A DNA stretch of 63,846 nt, counting the filler, from Octopus bimaculoides (lineage: Eukaryota), in assembly GCF_001194135.2 (NCBI RefSeq). It is 6 parts of 6 records of this genome, joined end to end, with 100 filler letters (N's around TTAATTAATTAA, not from the genome) between each part and the next. Parts side by side here need not be neighbours in the genome. Positions count along the whole stretch, not along the records: positions 1 to 6,595 come from NC_068991.1; positions 6,696 to 12,472 come from NC_068996.1; 4 more parts are not named here. One strand, 5' to 3'. The translations under genes were made by a program, and so were the position numbers. Positions within the stretch are counted from its first letter, which is position 1, and each line of letters opens with the position of its first letter. The notes under the pieces were generated by a model, which made no database searches, had not been told where the DNA came from, and saw only the letters and a program-made list of their open reading frames with translations. Below, piece by piece: positions 1 through 12,088 of this stretch.

Positions 1-470
<470 letters not shown>

Positions 471-1740
471 AATAGTTCCAGTGTCATACCGAAAGTATTA
501 TCTCACATTACAATAGATATGTTATTGTTTCAATTTTGACACGTAATACCGAAATAGTGTAACAGATAAAAGATTACTCTTGTCTCGCATCAGGCAAGAA
601 GTTGATAGTATTTTCTTTAGGCCCATGATACTGCATGGACCCTAAATAAGGGATGTGTAAAAATTAAATGAAATTGATTGGGTAGTTCTCGAATTTTAGT
701 GCTACACACATATATGCACAGACACACATTCTCAGTTGTATACATATGTATATATATATATATATATNNNNNNNNNNNNNNNNNNNNNNNNNNNNNNNNN
801 NNNNNNNNNNNNNNNNNNNNNNNNNNNNNNNNNNNNNNNNNNNNNNNNNNNNNNNNNNNNNNNNNNNNNNNNNNNNNNNNNNNNNNNNNNNNNNNNNNNN
901 NNNNNNNNNNNNNNNNNNNNNNNNNNNNNNNNNNNNNNNNNNNNNNNNNNNNNNNNNNNNNNNNNNNNNNNNNNNNNNNNNNNNNNNNNNNNNNNNNNNN
1001 NNNNNNNNNNNNNNNNNNNNNNNNNNNNNNNNNNNNNNNNNNNNNNNNNNNNNNNNNNNNNNNNNNNNNNNNNNNNNNNNNNNNNNNNNNNNNNNNNNNN
1101 NNNNNNNNNNNNNNNNNNNNNNNNNNNNNNNNNNNNNNNNNNNNNNNNNNNNNNNNNNNNNNNNNNNNNNNNNNNNNNNNNNNNNNNNNNNNNNNNNNNN
1201 NNNNNNNNNNNNNNNNNNNNNNNNNNNNNNNNNNNNNNNNNNNNNNNNNNNNNNNNNNNNNNNNNNNNNNNNNNNNNNNNNNNNNNNNNNNNNNNNNNNN
1301 NNNNNNNNNNNNNNNNNNNNNNNNNNNNNNNNNNNNNNNNNNNNNNNNNNNNNNNNNNNNNNNNNNNNNNNNNNNNNNNNNNNNNNNNNNNNNNNNNNNN
1401 NNNNNNNNNNNNNNNNNNNNNNNNNNNNNNNNNNNNNNNNNNNNNNNNNNNNNNNNNNNNNNNNNNNNNNNNNNNNNNNNNNNNNNNNNNNNNNNNNNNN
1501 NNNNNNNNNNNNNNNNNNNNNNNNNNNNNNNNNNNNNNNNNNNNNNNNNNNNNNNNNNNNNNNNNNNNNNNNNNNNNNNNNNNNNNNNNNNNNNNNNNNN
1601 NNNNNNNNNNNNNNNNNNNNNNNNNNNNNNNNNNNNNNNNNNNNNNNNNNNNNNNNNNNNNNNNNNNNNNNNNNNNNNNNNNNNNNNNNNNNNNNNNNNN
1701 NNNNNNNNNNNNNNNNNNNNNNNNNNNNNNNNNNNNNNNN

Positions 1741-1775
<35 letters not shown>

Positions 1776-1811
1776 TATATGTATGTATTATTATCATTAT
1801 ATATAAATATA

Positions 1812-1926
1812 TACGTCGGGCTTCTTGCTATTTCTGTCTGCCAATCCACTCACATGTTTTTGGGTCGTGGCTATAATAATTGCTCAAGCTGCTACGCAGT
1901 AGAACTGAACCTGGAACCATGTGGTT
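1812..1926 (-). mobile_element. tRNA-derived SINE family 1, 5' fragment
   Basis: Matches the head of the copies at 8801-9041 and 9303-9668 (GAACCTGGAACCATGTGGTT). Confidence 0.7.
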
Positions 1927-2280
1927 AAAGTGCTATTACAAACGTAAAAGAGTTCCAAAATATGTAAAACATATACATTTATAAAATAAGGATCGTGACA
2001 ATGTCAAAGTGAATTAGGAGTATATTATAATTGGTGCCAATTCCATAAAGTTTTGGTTCACGAGTTAAATATTTGCTCTGTAATATACAGTATAGAGAAA
2101 CTAATTGTGTTTATTGATCAGCAGAAAAGTAATATAGACGCGCGGACATAAAAGCGATGATGAAGATGATGTTCACAACATCGACGACGACAACTTCAAC
2201 AACAGCAGCAGCAGCAACAAGGATAATAGCAACATGGCCCTAGTCTAACGAATAAAATAAGTAACGATAGAGGATAAATA

Positions 2281-3297
2281 ATATTGCCACAATTGGCCTA
2301 GACACCTACTTGAAAAACTCTGAGGACTGGATGTTAAAACTTGTCTCAAAACATGAAAAAAAGAAAGCATCATACTCAGGGAGGCCGTGGACTTTTACAA
2401 CTGGCGTTAACAATGAATATTGCCACAATTGGCCAAGACACCTATCCGAAAAACTCTGAGGACTGGATGTTAAAACTTGTCTCAAAACATGAAAAGAAGA
2501 AAGCATCATACTCAGTAACAAAACAGGCAAATGAATATCCAAATGAATTCCAAATTAAACAAATTCCAGAATTAGATATACTAGAAATAAGCGCAGAAAA
2601 AGCTAAGCGCATGAAAACCCATGCTAAAACTGCTACCGTTGATATTCTGACTGATAAATGGCAAGAAAAACCTCTCAATGGCAAATACCCAAAGAGAGCG
2701 AATAATGACGATGTTGTCACAGCCCTTAACCATCAATGGCTAATGGCTTCTGACTTAAAATCAGAAACAGAAGGGCTTATCATAGCAACCCAAGATCAAT
2801 GCCTACCAATATGGAACTACCAGGCCAACATATTAAACAACGGTTGCTCTCCAGCATGTCGTGTATGTCAACAACAAAATGAAATCATTGATCATGTTGT
2901 CTCCATGTGCAGTCTTCTTGCGCCTGCAGAGTGTCTCAACAGGTATGATAGAGCTGCACAATATATTCACTGGGTAATTTGCAAAAATCTGGATCTGACC
3001 CATGATAAAAACTGGTGAGAACACAAACCAGCCCCAGTGCTTGAAAATGATCACGTCTCACTCCTCTGGAACTTTACCATTCAAACTGACAGAAAGATAG
3101 ATGCAAATAGGCCAGACATCATATTGAAAGACTTGACAAAAGTCCCAATCGATATAAACGTATCTGTCAAGACCTAACAAAAACTGAGTAAGTGTAAAGA
3201 TCTTGAAATAGAAATTAGCAAAACGTGGAACCTTGAGGTCTCTGTGTGAGACTTGGAGCCAACTTGTGCAAATGTAAAGCAAAAGTGAAACATAAAA
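2281..3297 (+). mobile_element. R4/Dong-like non-LTR retrotransposon (subfamily A), 5'-truncated pseudogenised 3' part
   Basis: GGRGLLQL, HQWL...LKSETEG, CCHC finger CRVCQQQNEIIDHVVSMC, RYD...HW, ANRPDI (PD-(D/E)xK nuclease), KDLEIEI; ends in a (TAA)n/(TAC)n array. Confidence 0.85.
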
Positions 3298-3318
3298 TAA
3301 TAATAGTACTACTACTAT

Positions 3319-3405
<87 letters not shown>

Positions 3406-3417
3406 TAATAATAATAA
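3298..3417. repeat. Compound (TAC)n-(TAA)n microsatellite
   Basis: Direct reading. Confidence 0.97.
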
Positions 3418-3867
3418 TACCTGTAGACAAATAGATGTAAGTGTCCCCATTGGTAAAATATATCTGTAAAGGAATTTGACAACTTAAGTAAATATAATGA
3501 CCTGGAAATTGAAATACAAAAGTTGTGGCATCTAAAAGCAAGAACTGTTCATGTTATTTTAGGTGCCTTAAGTATGATAAAAAAAAAGAGGATGTCAGAA
3601 ACATCTAGATAATATCCCAGGAGAACCACGACTCAGAGAAATCCAAAAGATTGGGCTGACAAGTACTGCCCACATCCTTAGAGAAACACTATCAATTTAA
3701 ATGTTTGTGTTGTATTCCATGAAGATATTTCGCTACTGCCCCCGCCACTTCCTCTCCCCATGCTTTCAGTCATACTGTACCATCTCTTATCTTTCACTGG
3801 CCCTATGATGTTGGACGTGTCTAGCCAATTGATTGTAACAAAAATGCAGATTAAAAGTAAATAACAA
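3418..3867 (+). mobile_element. R4/Dong-like LINE 3' end (subfamily B) with 3' UTR
   Basis: Decayed IDVSVP..KY.DLEIEIQKLWHLK..LGAL..EIQKI.LTSTAHILR; 3' UTR shared with 4364-4609 and 36621-36800. Confidence 0.85.
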
Positions 3868-3905
3868 ATAATAATAATAACAACAACAACAACAACAACA
3901 ACAAC

Positions 3906-3963
<58 letters not shown>
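3868..3963. repeat. Compound (CAA)n-(TAA)n microsatellite
   Basis: Direct reading. Confidence 0.97.
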
Positions 3964-3967
<4 letters not shown>

Positions 3968-4609
3968 TATGGGATATGCCAATACACACAGACAAAGAAA
4001 TTAAGGCCAATAGGTCAGATGGAGCATTCAGAGATCACCAAGAAAAAAAATGCTTTCTAATTCAGGTATCAATACCAACAGATGACAACGTTTCTCTAAA
4101 AGAAACGGAGAAACTTTGAAAATACAAAGACCTGGAAATAGAGGCAACTCGAATGCCGTGTCTAAAAACAGAAACAATTCCTATCATAGTGGACCCCACA
4201 TGCGAGGTCATGCGCTGTTTATATGATATAAGATCACCATGTTGCGCACATATGGTGGTGATGCAGGTGCCTGGAGCACTATCAGACGGGTAGTCATGAT
4301 GGGTATATTGAGCTTCGTATATTTGTACCCTAGTGTCACTTTGACGGGATGCGCTACTTACTGAAGAGAACCATGTCTCAGAGAAATCCAAAAGATTGTG
4401 CTGACAAGTACTGCCCACATCCTTAGAAAAACCCTATCAATTTAAACGTCTGTGTTGTATTACATGAAGATGTTTTGCTACTACCCCTGTCACTTCCCCT
4501 CCCCAAGCTTTTAGTCATATTGCAACACCTCTTAGCCTCACTAGCCCTAGGACGCTTGGTGTGTCTTGGCGAGTGATTGTAACAAAAATGCAGATTAAAA
4601 GTACATAAC
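3964..4609 (+). mobile_element. Chimeric R4/Dong-like insertion: subfamily C nuclease segment + family D segment + subfamily B 3' end
   Basis: 3964-4192 IWDMPIHTDKEIKANR...KYKDLEIE...KTETIPIIV; 4193-4358 matches family D; 4364-4609 matches the subfamily B tail. Confidence 0.8.
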
Positions 4610-4706
4610 AGCAACAACAACAACAACAACAACAACTACTACTACTACTACTACAATAATAATAATAATAATAATAATGATGATGATGATGATGATGATG
4701 ATGACG

Positions 4707-4744
<38 letters not shown>

Positions 4745-4769
4745 AATAATAATAATAATAATAATAATG
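4610..4769. repeat. Six-block compound trinucleotide array (CAA/CTA/TAA/TGA/CAA/TAA)
   Basis: Direct reading; blocks stay in register. Confidence 0.97.
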
Positions 4770-4770
4770 A

Positions 4771-5265
4771 TCAGTTGAGCATGTCACTTGTTGGCTGAAA
4801 GATAGGCTACAGCAAATATTCTGCTCAATACCACAGATTTGCTTGTCAGTTGTTTGACCTTAGCCAGTTGAGCATGTCTCTTAGTGGTTGACGATATGTG
4901 CATCTCTGATCACGAGCAGAAGTAGTAGGGGAGCATCATAACCATGTGTAGAGAGGAATTCTTTGGAGTTTGAATAATTCACCTCAGGAGGCATAGGTAT
5001 TTTGTTCCTCATCCTTCAAAAACAAACCTTATTCAGGGACCTTTTTAGTAGGATGGGCTACTCGACCAGAAGAAAATTTAACTGAGCCCCACCTGTAAGG
5101 TCATTCGCTATTTATCATGGTATGGAATCATCATGTTGCGCACATGTGCTTGTGATGCATATGCCTGGTGTACCCTTATCAGACGGGTAGTCATGATGGG
5201 TATACTGGGCTTCGTATATTCATACCCAGTGTCACTTTGACGGCATGCACTGCTCTCTCACTCAA
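4771..5265 (+). mobile_element. Non-coding (TAA)n-embedded repeat family D
   Basis: Homologous to 31155-31709 (+) and 35911-36510 (-); ends GCTCTCTCACTCAATAAT. Confidence 0.85.
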
Positions 5266-5287
5266 TAATTATAATATTAATAATAAT

Positions 5288-5483
5288 CCTTTCTTTTAAA
5301 GGCATAAGGCCTGAAATTTGTGGTGAGAGAACAAGTCGATTACATCGACCCCAGTGCTCAACTGGTACTTATTTTATCGACCTCCAAAAGATGAAAGCAA
5401 GGTTGACCTCAGCAGATTTTGAACCCTGAACATAAAATGCCATCAGAGATTCCACTAAGCATTGTGTCCGGTGAGCTAACTGA
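5288..5483 (-). mobile_element. tRNA-derived SINE family 2
   Basis: Core GAGGTCRAC-TTTGCCTTTCATCC-GGTCGATAAAATAAGTACCAG shared with many copies in the window. Confidence 0.8.
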
Positions 5484-6276
5484 TTTAACCATAAGGCCAG
5501 AAATTTTAAGTGGACAATATCAATCAATACCATCTACTCTAATAATTGACTGGAACCTTAATTTATCGGCATAATTCCACAAGTCAGTAATGCTTAGACA
5601 CGGAACGCATGGCTGTACAACGGTTTCGTCACTTACCGTACATCTCATTCAGATTTTGCAAACGGCACTTGTACAACGTTGAGTTACGAATACAAAGAAA
5701 CTATAACTTTTCAGACATAACCTAACAACAGAAACATGAATCTTCTGTGAAAAAATGTGTACAAATATCAATGTCTTAACAAGATTAAGTGGATGTGATT
5801 AGTTGTCAATCTTGCCAAAGATAGATCTGACCAACTGACCATTTGGCCAACAGCTACAAAATATATGACTGGCAACAAATCATTCGGTGAGAGGTCGAAT
5901 GTCTCGTAATATTCATGGCAAACCGTCGAGAATAGTTGACAGTGAGGTCAACAAGAAACGCATCATATTTTGATGACTTCAAATATTGGTTCGCGTCAAA
6001 AACATCAAAAAGAAAAAGAAAAGTTTTCAACGATAATAATATAAAGTGAAACAGAAAAATAAGAGAAGAAATGGAGAAAAAGGTAAAATGAAGAATTGAT
6101 GAGGTAAGTTAATATGATAAATATGAAGAAAAAAGATTCATGAAGTAGTGAAGAAAGATGAAGAGAAATAGTAATAGACAGATAGACAGAAATGCACAAG
6201 TAAGAGGAATGGAGAAAGAGGGAGAGAGAGGGTGAAAGCAAGAGCGAGAGAAACAGATGGACAGACAGTCACACAC

Positions 6277-6334
<58 letters not shown>
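6277..6334. repeat. (AGAT)n microsatellite
   Basis: Direct reading. Confidence 0.97.
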
Positions 6335-6595
6335 GTTTCTTTATTAGCCACACAGGGCTCAACACAGAGGGGACAAAATACAAATGTAGAGTTTTTCTTT
6401 TCGAGGGGGTCGAAAACAAAGCAGAAAAAAAACAAAAGTGGGGACAACGATGAAAAAAAAACATCGCAAAACGTTTGGGGTATTTACAAAAAATACGAAA
6501 TAATACAAAAAATTCCCAATAAATGGGGAGGTTATCCGTGGAAAGAAAAACCTACGAAAAGACTACGGTAACCTCGGTCTTTAGCGTCACAGTTT

Positions 6596-6695
6596 NNNNN
6601 NNNNNNNNNNNNNNNNNNNNNNNNNNNNNNNNNNNNNNNTTAATTAATTAANNNNNNNNNNNNNNNNNNNNNNNNNNNNNNNNNNNNNNNNNNNN
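6596..6695. other. Assembly spacer 44 N + TTAATTAATTAA + 44 N (also at 12517-12528, 28899-28910, 33508-33519, 61587-61598)
   Basis: Identical palindromic 12-mer with stops in all six frames, centred in 100-nt gaps, five times. Confidence 0.93.
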
Positions 6696-6830
6696 ATATA
6701 TACACATACATACATATATAATATCTATACATACATACACATGCGAACATGTATATACATGTATATGCATACGTTTGTATGTGTTTTTGTGTGTGTGTGT
6801 GTGTGTATGTGTGTGTATGTGTGTGTGTGT

Positions 6831-6873
<43 letters not shown>

Positions 6874-7759
6874 CCGCCTATATTTCTTTCCGAACTAATT
6901 TGGGAACGGTTTTGAGAATTTTTCCTTCATTACTTTTATTGTTTTTATTTTGTTTTTATTTATTTTTACATCAAAGCAATCACATTAAACTCGCTGATGG
7001 CTAAATAACGATTTCTTCTTCTTTTTGTTTTTTTTTTTGTCGTTATTCAGTTTTTATTTCCGAAATATCTTTCTTTGTACAAAAGAATGTTGACCATTCT
7101 AATAAACTTTGTTTTTTGTTTTGATCCGTATTTATTATTTTTTTTATATTGTTGTTGTGGTTGTTTCATTTTTGTTTGTTTGTTTTGTTTTTTTGTTCCT
7201 TTGTTTTTTTTTTTGTGTGTGTTTGTGTGTTTGTCTTTTCTCTTATTTGTCTCTATTAATTTCCGGGTTATTGTGTTAAAATCGTAAATCGTACTGGAGA
7301 AATACGGATTCCGCGATGAAAGGATAAATTATTCATATCTTTGGTTTAGCAACAACTGAAATCAATTTATTGACTAGCATCTTCGTTTTCTCACACACAC
7401 GCACACACACACATTCACACACACACACACGCACACGGCTACCTATCCACAGACACATAGAGATTCACAAAGAGACACACACACACACACACTCGCTCCA
7501 TAACTCAGTCACCCACGTTCGGATACACATGAACACATAAAGCTAAACATACATATACACATAATTGGATATATTATATATGTACATACAGATGAACATA
7601 CAGACACACGCACACAGACACACACACATATATGAACACATACACAGATATCGAATTTATGTGTATGTGTGAAAATGTACATGTGTATGTTTATGTGCAT
7701 AAGTGTATGTATAAACGTACAAACACACGCTTGCACACACGCACCCGCACACGCACCCG

Positions 7760-7790
<31 letters not shown>

Positions 7791-8620
7791 ACACACAGTA
7801 TATATAAAATCATATATATGTGTGTGTACGTATGCCCACACACACAAAAAAATGTTCTTTATGCCTCAGGTCATCACTGATCTAGGATCAAAGAGACCTA
7901 GGATCAAAGAGTCTTCGGATCAAAGAGGCTCCAACCGTGACCATCACGTGTCTTCCTTTTGGGCATTGGTGTGTGCATAGAATTACGTTTCCAGCATGAG
8001 ATTTTCATTCTTTCAGAGACTAGAATGGGATTTGACGGAAATATATTTGCTATTTCGAGTAGATATTTTTATGTTATTCTTCTTAAAACACTCTTATTGG
8101 TTAGATCATATTTATACGTAAAAATAACCTAAATACATACCTGGATAAACAACTGCAAAAATATTGTATTTGGCTGGAATTGGTATAATAGTTATTATGG
8201 TAATCACCCCCAATTCAACATACCTAGTACCATCAGTACGAAATTCTGCCCTGTGATATTGGAAGTGGATTATAATTATGATTTAGGCAAGTTATGATAA
8301 GCAACATGCCTTTCAAAACTTGACTAAATCCAAATATAACAGCCTCTTATATATATTTTTTTTGAACAGAGTAGAAAATATATGTTGATTTATAGAAGCC
8401 AGCTCGATTATAATTGTGGACATTTTTCTTTTTTGTTTTACAATCTACACAAAATAATATTTACGGACAGCTGCTTCGGAATCTAAATTTCATTTTTTTC
8501 TTTTTTCACAGATTATTTTGTTCCATATATTTCATATTTATTGTTCCACTTGATTATTGCTCTAAGTATGTAAGTGCTAGTCCGCTGTGACTATAACCGT
8601 TAGGCAAAGAAAAAAAAAAC

Positions 8621-8762
8621 GGTTGTGTGGTAAGTAGCTTCCTTACCAAACACATGCTTCCGAGTTCAGTCCCACTGCGCGGCACTTTCGGTGTCTTCTA
8701 CTATAGCCTGGGGCCAATCAAAGCCTTGTGAGTGGATTTGGTAGACAGAAACTGAAAGAAGC

Positions 8763-8768
<6 letters not shown>
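8621..8768 (+). mobile_element. SINE family 1, 5' half
   Basis: GTGTGGTAAG..CTTCC..GAGTTCAGTCCCACTGCG head, ending in (TA)n. Confidence 0.85.
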
Positions 8769-8800
<32 letters not shown>

Positions 8801-8801
<1 letters not shown>

Positions 8802-9041
8802 TCTTTTACTCTTTTACTTGTTTCAGTCATTTTACTGTAGCCATGCTGGAGTACCACCTTTAGTCGAGCAAANNNNNNNNNNACACACACACACATATAT
8901 ATATACATATATACGACGGGCTTCTTTCAGTTTCCATCTACCAAATCCACTCACAAGGCTTTGGTCGGCCCGAGGCTATAGTACGAGACACTTGCCCAAG
9001 GTGCCACGCAGTGGGACTGAACCCGGAACCATGTGGTTGGT
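8801..9041 (-). mobile_element. SINE family 1, internally deleted or gapped copy
   Basis: Reverse complement of head and tail (GAAACAAGTAAAAGAGTAAAAGAG). Confidence 0.85.
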
Positions 9042-9302
9042 GACGCTGCGTTCGGTCATGTAAAAACAAATAGTAACTGAGTATATACATATATACGTAC
9101 AGGTATGTGCATACCGACATCCACCTGTATGTATAGGTGCATATCTGGGTACAGGACATTGCAAACAAAACGTAGACGAGAAAACACACAAGCCACATAG
9201 AGAACATTCTTCTTCATCAGCTACCCCCGTTTTAACACCGGCGTTTCGAAGGCAATACGCTCTTCTTCGCAAATAAGCGAAACATTAAAATATTTTCTTT
9301 CA

Positions 9303-9668
9303 TTCTTTTACTTGTTTCAGTGATCCGACTGCAACCATGCTGGAGCACCACTTTAAAGCGTTTTTTAAGTTGAAGAAATCAACCCCAGGACTTATTCTTT
9401 GAAAGCCTAGTACTCATTCTATCGGATCTCTTTTTCTGAACCGCCAACATCGATTGTCAAGCTATGGTGGCGGGACAAACACAGACACAAACGCGCGCGC
9501 GTGCGCGTGTACACACACACACACACATGACGAGATTCTTTCAGTTACCAAATCCACTCACAAAGCTTTGGTTGACCTAAAGCTATAGTAGAAGACATTT
9601 GGCCAAGGTGCCATGCTGCAGAATGGAACCCGAACCATGTGGTTGGGAAGCAAACGTCTTAACACACA
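9303..9668 (-). mobile_element. SINE family 1, near full length with internal (CA)n
   Basis: Head, internal microsatellite and tail all present. Confidence 0.85.
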
Positions 9669-9965
9669 CCCACGCATGCACCTCTATCTATCTATATATA
9701 TATATATATATNNNNNNNNNNNNNNNNNNNNNNNNNNNNNNNNNNNNNNNNNNNNNNNNNNNNNNNNNNNNNNNNNNNNNNNNNNNNNNNNNNNNNNNNN
9801 NNNNNNNNNNNNNNNNNNNNNNNNNNNNNNNNNNNNNNNNNNNNNNNNNNNNNNNNNNNNNNNNNNNNNNNNNNNNNNNNNNNNNNNNNNNNNNNGCATA
9901 TATATTCATATTTATATATATATACATATATATATGCATATAAATATATGTGTGTATATATATAT

Positions 9966-10028
<63 letters not shown>

Positions 10029-10218
10029 TTTTCTAAAGTTCAACTTTTTCTACTGTCTGAATTCAAGCGACGATGGTTTCCCATTTACTGCTAGAAATTA
10101 ACTTCTTACCTAATGGAAGAATTCATATAATAGAGAAAGGAATAGAATATACTACATTTAAATACACTGACATATATGGATGCATATTTGTGTATGTGTG
10201 TATATATTATACATATGC

Positions 10219-10640
10219 TTGTGCGGTAAGAAGCTTGCTTCCCGATTACATCGTTCCGAGTTCATTCCTACCGCGTGGCACCTTGGGCAAGTATCTTCTA
10301 CTATAGCCTTGGACCGACCAAAGCCTTGCGAGTGGATTTGGCAGACGGAAACTGAAAGAAGACCGTCGTATGTATGTTTGCATGTATGTATATGCGTGTG
10401 TGTATATATATTTATGTATGTGTGTATGTGTACGCGCGCGCGTGTGGTTGTAACCCCATCACTGCTTGTTGGTTTATTTAGATATTCCTAATATAGCGGT
10501 CCGGCAAAAATAAATGAATAAATAAATAAATGGCAGACATTTTATTAAAAAATATTACCGGGGTCTATTCGTTCGAATAAAAGCATTGAAGAAAGTTCTC
10601 CAGCATGGCCGCAGTTCAGTGACAGAAACAAATAAAAGAA
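10219..10640 (+). mobile_element. SINE family 1, near full length
   Basis: Same head, internal (TG)n and tail architecture. Confidence 0.85.
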
Positions 10641-10702
10641 TTCAGTCATTAAACTGGGAGCATCAACTTCTAAATGTTTTTTGGTAGATCAATAAAACAT
10701 TG

Positions 10703-11890
10703 TATTGGCGCAAAAGTTCGCTCTGTTTTCATCGACACAACACTTCAAGTAGTCTATTATGTAATCAACTTCAGCATATTCTTTGCACCTGCGCACTCGT
10801 TAAATATTTGAAACTCCGATGTAGTTTGACATGAACTTGGGACAAGACAGATTGTATTTTTTGTGCTTGATACACCATGAAAATGGAGAACTCAAACAAA
10901 CTTCCTCGACGCGTCATGCCAGAATTGGTTTTCAAGATATCAATCGGGAAATGTTTCGGTGCTCGCTTTGACCGGTCGACTGTGTTTAACAGAAACAAGA
11001 GGGAGTTAGTCGACATCAGCCCTCGTTATATGACCAGGATGATTGCAGACATTCTCAAAATATCCAAAACGAGTGTTGAAACAATTTGCATCAATTTGGT
11101 TACGTCAGTAAGCTCGATGTTCGGGCCCCACATCAACCGAATGAAGCTAACCGCACCCAGCGGTTTTCTATCGGCGATTCGTTGCTGAAACGTGGAGAAA
11201 ACAATCGTTTCTTGAAGAGAACGGTGGCAAGGGAGGAAAAATGGATCATCAATTACAACGAGAAGCGCAAATGATCAGTGAAGGAACGTGACGAACCAAC
11301 ACAAATAACCTTCGAAGTAAGACTTCACTTGAAGGTTACGCTTTCAATTAGTGGGTTTGGAAAGGTGTTGTCTTTTACGAGTTTCTGCCCACGGACAGGA
11401 CCATCAAATTGGATGCGTAGTGCGATTAACTGGGCAACTAAAACGCAACAATCCACCAGAAGCGTCCAGTACTTTGTCGTGATACAAGACAACACCCCTT
11501 ACTGGGATATTGTCTTGTATCACGACAATGCCAGGACACACTTTTTTGCAGATTGTAGCAAAATTTACTGGGGCTTGATTGGGAAGTTCTGCCGCACCCT
11601 CTATCTTTGGTCGGTCTTGCGGCTTCAGATTTCCACTTGTTTCGATCTCTTCATAATTCATTCACCAGACAAACCTTCAATTGTGAAGGAAGATATAAAA
11701 ATTCACCAGAACTAATTTTTCACCAGTAAAGACAGGAACAATTTTGAGCTGTGAATAATGGATATGCCACAAGATCGCAAATATAGGAACGAAGCAGTAA
11801 TTGTATGACTGATTGAATAAATTGCCTGGTGCTTAAATCTTCTGACTCATTTTTCCATTAAAAATCCAAATGGTCATTTTGTCCGGTCCG
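10703..11890 (+). mobile_element. Decayed Tc1/mariner (D,D34D) transposon
   Basis: Frameshifted transposase with APHQ, REEKWI (GDEKW-like), YHDNARTH and a decayed SPDLAPSD..F; left TIR-like TATTGGCGCAAAAGTTCG. Confidence 0.85.
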
Positions 11891-12088
11891 AGAGTAATTT
11901 CCTTGTTGTTGAACTACTACGCTACTGTACATAACCAATGACATCAGATTTTGTTTTGGCCGCTAAAAATGTTAACGTAAAAGCTACGAAATTGTCAGAC
12001 ATGCTTCAGTTACTCTAAAATTGAGTAAAATAAATAAATTATAGATGATTATACACGTGCTTGTAAATGATGAACAAAATGAATAAAA

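Noticed and set aside
2281-5265. CRISPR-like repeat/spacer alternation
   Set aside because: The repeats are microsatellites and the spacers are retroelement fragments; eukaryotic context with no cas genes.
5612-5660. CTGAATGA...GAAAC..GTA hammerhead-like string (minus strand)
   Set aside because: Extra base in the core, stem I absent, stem II poor.
6640-6651. Palindrome TTAATTAATTAA recurring five times
   Set aside because: Always centred in a 100-nt N spacer: an assembly linker, not biology. Contiguity across these joins is uncertain.
9205-9275. Hammerhead halves GAAAC and CTGATGA on the minus strand in type II order
   Set aside because: Only a 4-bp stem II; cleavage triplet is GCC rather than NUH and no stem I forms. 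At most a decayed terminal repeat.
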